DNA of 64,000 nucleotides from an uncultured Gemmatimonadales bacterium (GTDB lineage Bacteria; Gemmatimonadota; Gemmatimonadetes; Gemmatimonadales; GWC2-71-9): NCBI GenBank assembly GCA_963795085.1, contig CAWCFX010000006.1, positions 640,001 to 704,000 of the forward strand, read 5' to 3'. Shown piece by piece: positions 60,079 to 64,000 of this stretch (position 1 is its first letter; each line of letters starts with the position of its first letter). The notes under the pieces were generated by a model. It saw only the letters and a program-made list of their open reading frames with translations, ran no database searches and was not told where the DNA came from. The position numbers and the translations under genes were made by a program.

Positions 60079-60869
60079 GACGGGCCCGGGTCGGGGATGC
60101 GGCGGATGGCTGCGAGGTGGCCGCGCAGGAATGCGGCGCGGGATCCGGGTCCCCATGACTCCACCACGAACCCCCCGCAGGCGAGCGTGGAATGCACCAG
60201 GGTCTGGTCCTCGCCGGCGAACGCGACATGGGTAATCCGGCCGCCCGATTCGCTGAAAAACAGCAGGTCGCCCGGTTCGATCCCATCGGCCGGCACCGGG
60301 AGCCCCTGGCCGGCCTGCTCCTGGGAATCGCGCGGGAGCCGGAGTCCCCGGGCCGCGAACGTGGTCTGGACCAGCCCGGAGCAGTCCACGCCCCACGGCG
60401 TGATGCCGCCCCAGTGATAGGCCGACCCGGAAAAATGGGCCACGGCCCAGTCGATTGGCCGCAGCGCCCGGGCGGCGCGATAGAGCGCCTCGCGCCGGTG
60501 CAAGGCGCCCGCGACCAGCCGCCCCCGGCGGCCGGAAGCCACCTCGTATTCGTCGTCAACGGCGGCCGCCCGGCCCAGCAGCGGCAGCAGGATCCTCCGC
60601 CCGCCGGCTTCCTCGAGAATCGCGTCCTCCGCGAGAAATTCGCTGCGAGCGGTCCAGCGCGAGGCGGCGGCCTCCGGCACCAGGTCGAGGTAGCCGCGGT
60701 GCACCCAGCCCTGGTAGCCGTCCTGGTGCCGCTCGATGCGGAACCAGGGCGCCTGCTCCTCCGCGACGGTCGCGGTCTCCCCGCTCAGCAGCTGGGAGAT
60801 CAGCTCCGACCGCGGATTGGGCTCCTTCATGAGGGGGGCCAGCGCGGCGAGGACGATGGCGTGGGTCAT
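60075..60869 (-). CDS. SH3 plus NlpC/P60 (C40) peptidoglycan peptidase (YkfC-like)
   Basis: SQLLSGE, DGYQGWV, YHWGG...GVDCSG, PRDS and GDLLFF...THV. Confidence 0.9.
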   Translation of the reverse strand: MTHAIVLAALAPLMKEPNPRSELISQLLSGETATVAEEQAPWFRIERHQDGYQGWVHRGYLDLVPEAAASRWTARSEFLAEDAILEEAGGRRILLPLLGRAAAVDDEYEVASGRRGRLVAGALHRREALYRAARALRPIDWAVAHFSGSAYHWGGITPWGVDCSGLVQTTFAARGLRLPRDSQEQAGQGLPVPADGIEPGDLLFFSESGGRITHVAFAGEDQTLVHSTLACGGFVVESWGPGSRAAFLRGHLAAIRRIPDPGPS

Positions 60870-60894
60870 GGCGAGCGGTGCGGGAGGCAGACGG

Positions 60895-61089
60895 TCAGGT
60901 CGGAGGACCCTTCCGCTCCCCGGCCTGCGGGGCCGGCTCGGCGCAAACGGTACATAGGGTCACCCCCCGGAAGGTGCAGATCAGGCAGAGAAAGGTGCCG
61001 CAGCTGGTGCAGGGATACCCTTCCGAGGCGCGCTCCTCGTTGCCGCAGAAGCGGCAGACCATCGCATCGTGCTCCCTGGTCTCGGTCAT
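60895..61089 (-). CDS. Small 8-cysteine zinc-finger-like protein
   Basis: Four CxxC pairs (CRFC, CTSC, CLIC, CTVC) in 64 aa. It starts 2 nt after the regulator stop. Confidence 0.75.
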   Translation of the reverse strand: MTETREHDAMVCRFCGNEERASEGYPCTSCGTFLCLICTFRGVTLCTVCAEPAPQAGERKGPPT

Positions 61090-61091
61090 GG

Positions 61092-62438
61092 TCAGACCGG
61101 AATGGAGTAGCGCTTGATCTTGTTGATCAGCGTGGCCCGTGAGATCCCCAGTTCCACCGCGGAGCGGGTCCGGTTTCCGGAGTGGTGGCGCAGGGTGCGT
61201 TCAATGTGCTGCCGCTCGAGGTCGTCCAGGGTCAGCGGGTTATGCCGGCGGTCGCCGGGGCCGGCACGGGCGCGAAACTCACCGGGCAGGTGCTCCACCG
61301 AAATCTCCGATTTGCCCTGGGCCAGGATCAGGGCCCGCTCCAGCACGTTGCGGATCTCCCGGACGTTGCCGGGCCAGTTGTAGCTCAGCATGCGTTCCAG
61401 GCCATCGGCCGAGATGGCATCCGGGCCGCCCGGGACCTGGGTGCGCAGGTCGCCGAGCAGGCGGCTGATGAGGCCGAGCCGGTCCTCGCGGGAACGATCC
61501 CGGACCGCCGGCATGTGCAGCGGCATGACGCTCAGCCGGTAATAGAGATCTTCGCGGAACCGCCCCGACTCCACCTCGACGGCCACGTCCTTGTTGGTCG
61601 CGGCGATGAGCCGAACGTCCACGTTCAACTCCCGGGTTCCGCCCAGCCGCCGGAAGCTCTTCGTCTCCAGGACCTTGAGCAGCTTGGGCTGGAGCTCGAT
61701 GGCCAGGTCGCCGATTTCGTCCAGGAAGATGGTCCCATGGTCGGCGATCTCGAAGAGCCCCTGCTTGCGGTCCTTGGCGTCCGTAAAGGCGCCCTTCTCG
61801 TGCCCGAACAGTTCCGAGTCGAGAAAGGTGGCGCTCAGTCCGCCGGCGTTGACCTCCACGAAGGGCGCCCGGGCCCGCGGACTCAGGTTGTGAATCATCC
61901 GGGCGACCCACCCCTTGCCGGTGCCGCTCTCGCCCACCAGCAGGACGGTGGTCCGCTCACTCTGGGCCAGCAGCCCCACCTGGCGGGCGAGTTCCTGCAT
62001 GGCGGGCGAGCGGCCCAGGGAATCGAGTCCCTGTCCCGGCGACACCTGCGACTGGAGCAGCGCGTTCACGCGGCGGAGCCGCACCTTGTCGCCGGCCCGC
62101 GCGGCCGCCGCCGCCAGGTGGGCCATGTCCACCGGCTTGCTGAGGAAGTTCTCCGCGCCCAGCTGCATGGCCTTCACGGCGGTGGGAATGTCGCTCTGGC
62201 CGGTGAGCAGGATGACCGCGGCGCCCCGCTCCCGCAGCCGCTCCAGCACCTCGAGGCCGTCCATCCCGGGCAGGTGCAGATCGAGGATCACCACTTCGGG
62301 ACGCACCCGGTCATAGGCGGCCAGGCCGGCTTCCCCGCTCAGTTCCCGGGCCACTTCGTATCCCACGTGCTCGAAGTAGTTGCCGATGGAGCGGAGAATC
62401 TCCACGTCGTCGTCGATCAGCAGTACGGAATCAGCCAA
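61092..62438 (-). CDS. Sigma54-dependent response regulator (NtrC/AtoC family)
   Basis: REC domain, GESGTGKG, GAFTDA, FLDEIG, WPGNVRE and HTH. GGAGG RBS before the TTG start. Confidence 0.95.
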   Translation of the reverse strand: MADSVLLIDDDVEILRSIGNYFEHVGYEVARELSGEAGLAAYDRVRPEVVILDLHLPGMDGLEVLERLRERGAAVILLTGQSDIPTAVKAMQLGAENFLSKPVDMAHLAAAAARAGDKVRLRRVNALLQSQVSPGQGLDSLGRSPAMQELARQVGLLAQSERTTVLLVGESGTGKGWVARMIHNLSPRARAPFVEVNAGGLSATFLDSELFGHEKGAFTDAKDRKQGLFEIADHGTIFLDEIGDLAIELQPKLLKVLETKSFRRLGGTRELNVDVRLIAATNKDVAVEVESGRFREDLYYRLSVMPLHMPAVRDRSREDRLGLISRLLGDLRTQVPGGPDAISADGLERMLSYNWPGNVREIRNVLERALILAQGKSEISVEHLPGEFRARAGPGDRRHNPLTLDDLERQHIERTLRHHSGNRTRSAVELGISRATLINKIKRYSIPV

Positions 62439-62485
62439 GGGTACCTCCAGGACAGCTTGGGAGCTGCGCGGCGGGGAAGTGGCTA

Positions 62486-62514
62486 AGAATGGCGGTAGTC
62501 ACCGATGTCGTCAA
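62486..62514 (-). promoter_or_regulatory. Sigma70-type promoter of the response regulator
   Basis: TTGACG-N17-CATTCT on the minus strand. Confidence 0.5.
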
Positions 62515-63408
62515 TCATGGCGCCAGGACATTAATTGCACGGGGAACAATGGTCGCCGTGAACGGCGTCAGCCCGCCCGGCTCCCCGTCGAGCTGGGCCG
62601 GCTGGGCCGGCGAGGCCTCCACCCGCACCTCGGTGCCCCTGGCAAAGCCGACGAACCCGCCCGATCCGATCGGCTGGTGGGTACGGAACAGGTCCCAGAT
62701 GGCGCGCATTCCCTCGGTCAGTCCGTTGGCCCGCATCACCACCACGTCGAGCAATCCGTCGTCGGGGACGATCCCCGGACCCAGCCGGATGTAGGGCGGA
62801 ATGACCTCGCCGCAGTTCGCGACCAGCACCATCGCGGCGGTCGCATCGTACTCGTTGCCATCCACCGTGATGCGGTAGTCCACGCTGCGCAGCTCGCCGA
62901 TCAGCCGGAGCGTCGTGGCCACGTAGGCGCCCATGCCCCAGCGCTGCTTCTGGGCCCCGGCGGTCTCCGCCATGACCCGGGCATCATACCCCGCGCCACA
63001 GGCCACCGCGAAATAGTGGACGCCGTCGGGCCGCTCCATGCGGCCCAGGTCCAGGCGCCGGGGCCGGGCCCGGAGCAGTGCCGCCGCGGCCCGGGCGGGC
63101 GGGAGCGGAACCCGCAGGTTCCCGGCCAGGAGATTGCCGGTGCCGCCGGGGATGAGGCCGAGATTGACATCGGTTCCCACCAGGGCCGCGGCGGCCTGCA
63201 TGGTCGTGCCGTCGCCCCCGAAGACCACCACGGTGTCCATGCCCGCGTCCACGGCTTCCTGGGCCAGCCGCCGCGCATCCCCCGGCCCGCCGGTCGCGGC
63301 CACGTCGGCGTGCCAGCCCGCGCCGTGGAGCACGTCCATGATGACGCCGACGCTCCCCGGCTGGGTCCGGGCGGCGGCAGGATTGGCGATCACGAGCACG
63401 CGCGGCAA
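62515..63408 (-). CDS. Diacylglycerol kinase family lipid kinase (YegS/DagK-like)
   Basis: IANPAA, GGDGT, IPGGTGNLLA, DDGLLDV and QLDGE. Start is TTG 63408 or CTG 63417. Confidence 0.9.
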   Translation of the reverse strand: MPRVLVIANPAAARTQPGSVGVIMDVLHGAGWHADVAATGGPGDARRLAQEAVDAGMDTVVVFGGDGTTMQAAAALVGTDVNLGLIPGGTGNLLAGNLRVPLPPARAAAALLRARPRRLDLGRMERPDGVHYFAVACGAGYDARVMAETAGAQKQRWGMGAYVATTLRLIGELRSVDYRITVDGNEYDATAAMVLVANCGEVIPPYIRLGPGIVPDDGLLDVVVMRANGLTEGMRAIWDLFRTHQPIGSGGFVGFARGTEVRVEASPAQPAQLDGEPGGLTPFTATIVPRAINVLAP

Positions 63409-63413
63409 GGGCG

Positions 63414-64000
63414 TCAGTATTCCTTTTCCCAGAGAGCATCCACGCCGAACTGGTACTGGTAGCTCTCCTGGGGGTTCGAGGAGGAGCCGGCCGGGCGGCA
63501 GTTGATCACCGGCTCCAGGCTGGTCTGGAACCGCCATGCGCGGGTGACCCGGTATTCCAGGCCGGTCCCCAGGCTGGCCTTGTCCAGGTTCGAGAAGTTG
63601 TTGCAGAACCCCGCATTGATCGTGAAGAACATCTTGTTGCTCAGCTGCCAGCCCGCGGTCACCTGGTTAGTGCCCTGGCTGGAGAAAATGTTGCCGCCGC
63701 CGGCCCGGATCTCAAAGAAGTCCACCGGAATGCCCAGGTCGGAAATGAACACCCGCTGGAGCTCGCTGGAGAGCGCGCTCCCAAGATAGGCCAGGCCGGT
63801 CTCCAGCGCCGCCTGCTGCTGGCCGGCATCGCTCACGCCGACGCCGGGGAGCTGCGGGCTGGGCCGGCCGAACATCAGGTAGGAGACCAGTTCCGATTCG
63901 GTCGGCGAAGGACGAATGGTGCTTTCCAGCGAAAGCTTGGGCAGCAGCAGCGTTCCGGTGATCCGGGCGATGACGGGGATGTCCTCGCTGGCCGTCTGCA
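63414..64000 (-). CDS. tamB: C-terminal part of translocation and assembly module TamB (DUF490), partial
   Basis: The frame is open to the window edge: ITGTLLLPKLSLES...SELVSYLMFG, then amphipathic beta strands ending WEKEY. Confidence 0.75.
   Translation of the reverse strand, partial: QTASEDIPVIARITGTLLLPKLSLESTIRPSPTESELVSYLMFGRPSPQLPGVGVSDAGQQQAALETGLAYLGSALSSELQRVFISDLGIPVDFFEIRAGGGNIFSSQGTNQVTAGWQLSNKMFFTINAGFCNNFSNLDKASLGTGLEYRVTRAWRFQTSLEPVINCRPAGSSSNPQESYQYQFGVDALWEKEY

Overview
This is a very GC-rich, gene-dense segment of a bacterial core chromosome. Gene content and synteny suggest Gemmatimonadota, but that is an inference. About 65 CDS are supported, in this order: a TonB-dependent receptor plus lipoprotein; a VanZ / sensor kinase / sigma54 regulator / outer-membrane barrel / DUF4390 cluster; an HNH nuclease; argR; an amidohydrolase; two tandem class A PBPs; tyrS; a HerA-like ATPase; a large LPS/surface-glycan cluster with an MsbA-like exporter, a PorX-like REC-PglZ protein and a GT9 heptosyltransferase; a motor-domain-only DnaB paralog; yebC-ruvCAB; queA-tgt-yajC-def-fmt-thi-rsmB-PASTA-rpe-tlpA-tsaD-lgt; an FTR1/cytochrome c iron permease with a Fur-like box; and an acpS...tamB operon. 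I saw no tRNA, rRNA, CRISPR array, transposase or prophage. The best leads are non-coding or small. (1) A consensus sigma54 promoter with an IHF-like site drives a ~140-nt multi-hairpin RNA with its own terminator (55233-55430). (2) A ~150-nt highly base-paired element lies directly 3' of the HNH gene (9553-9716). (3) A patatin is fused to a ferredoxin domain. (4) The DnaB-motor-only protein and a zinc-ribbon microprotein are linked to ruvCAB. (5) An 8-Cys microprotein is coupled to a sigma54 activator. (6) Leaderless-type promoters are frequent, and two genes probably start at ATT. All calls come from reading motifs by eye; no searches were run.
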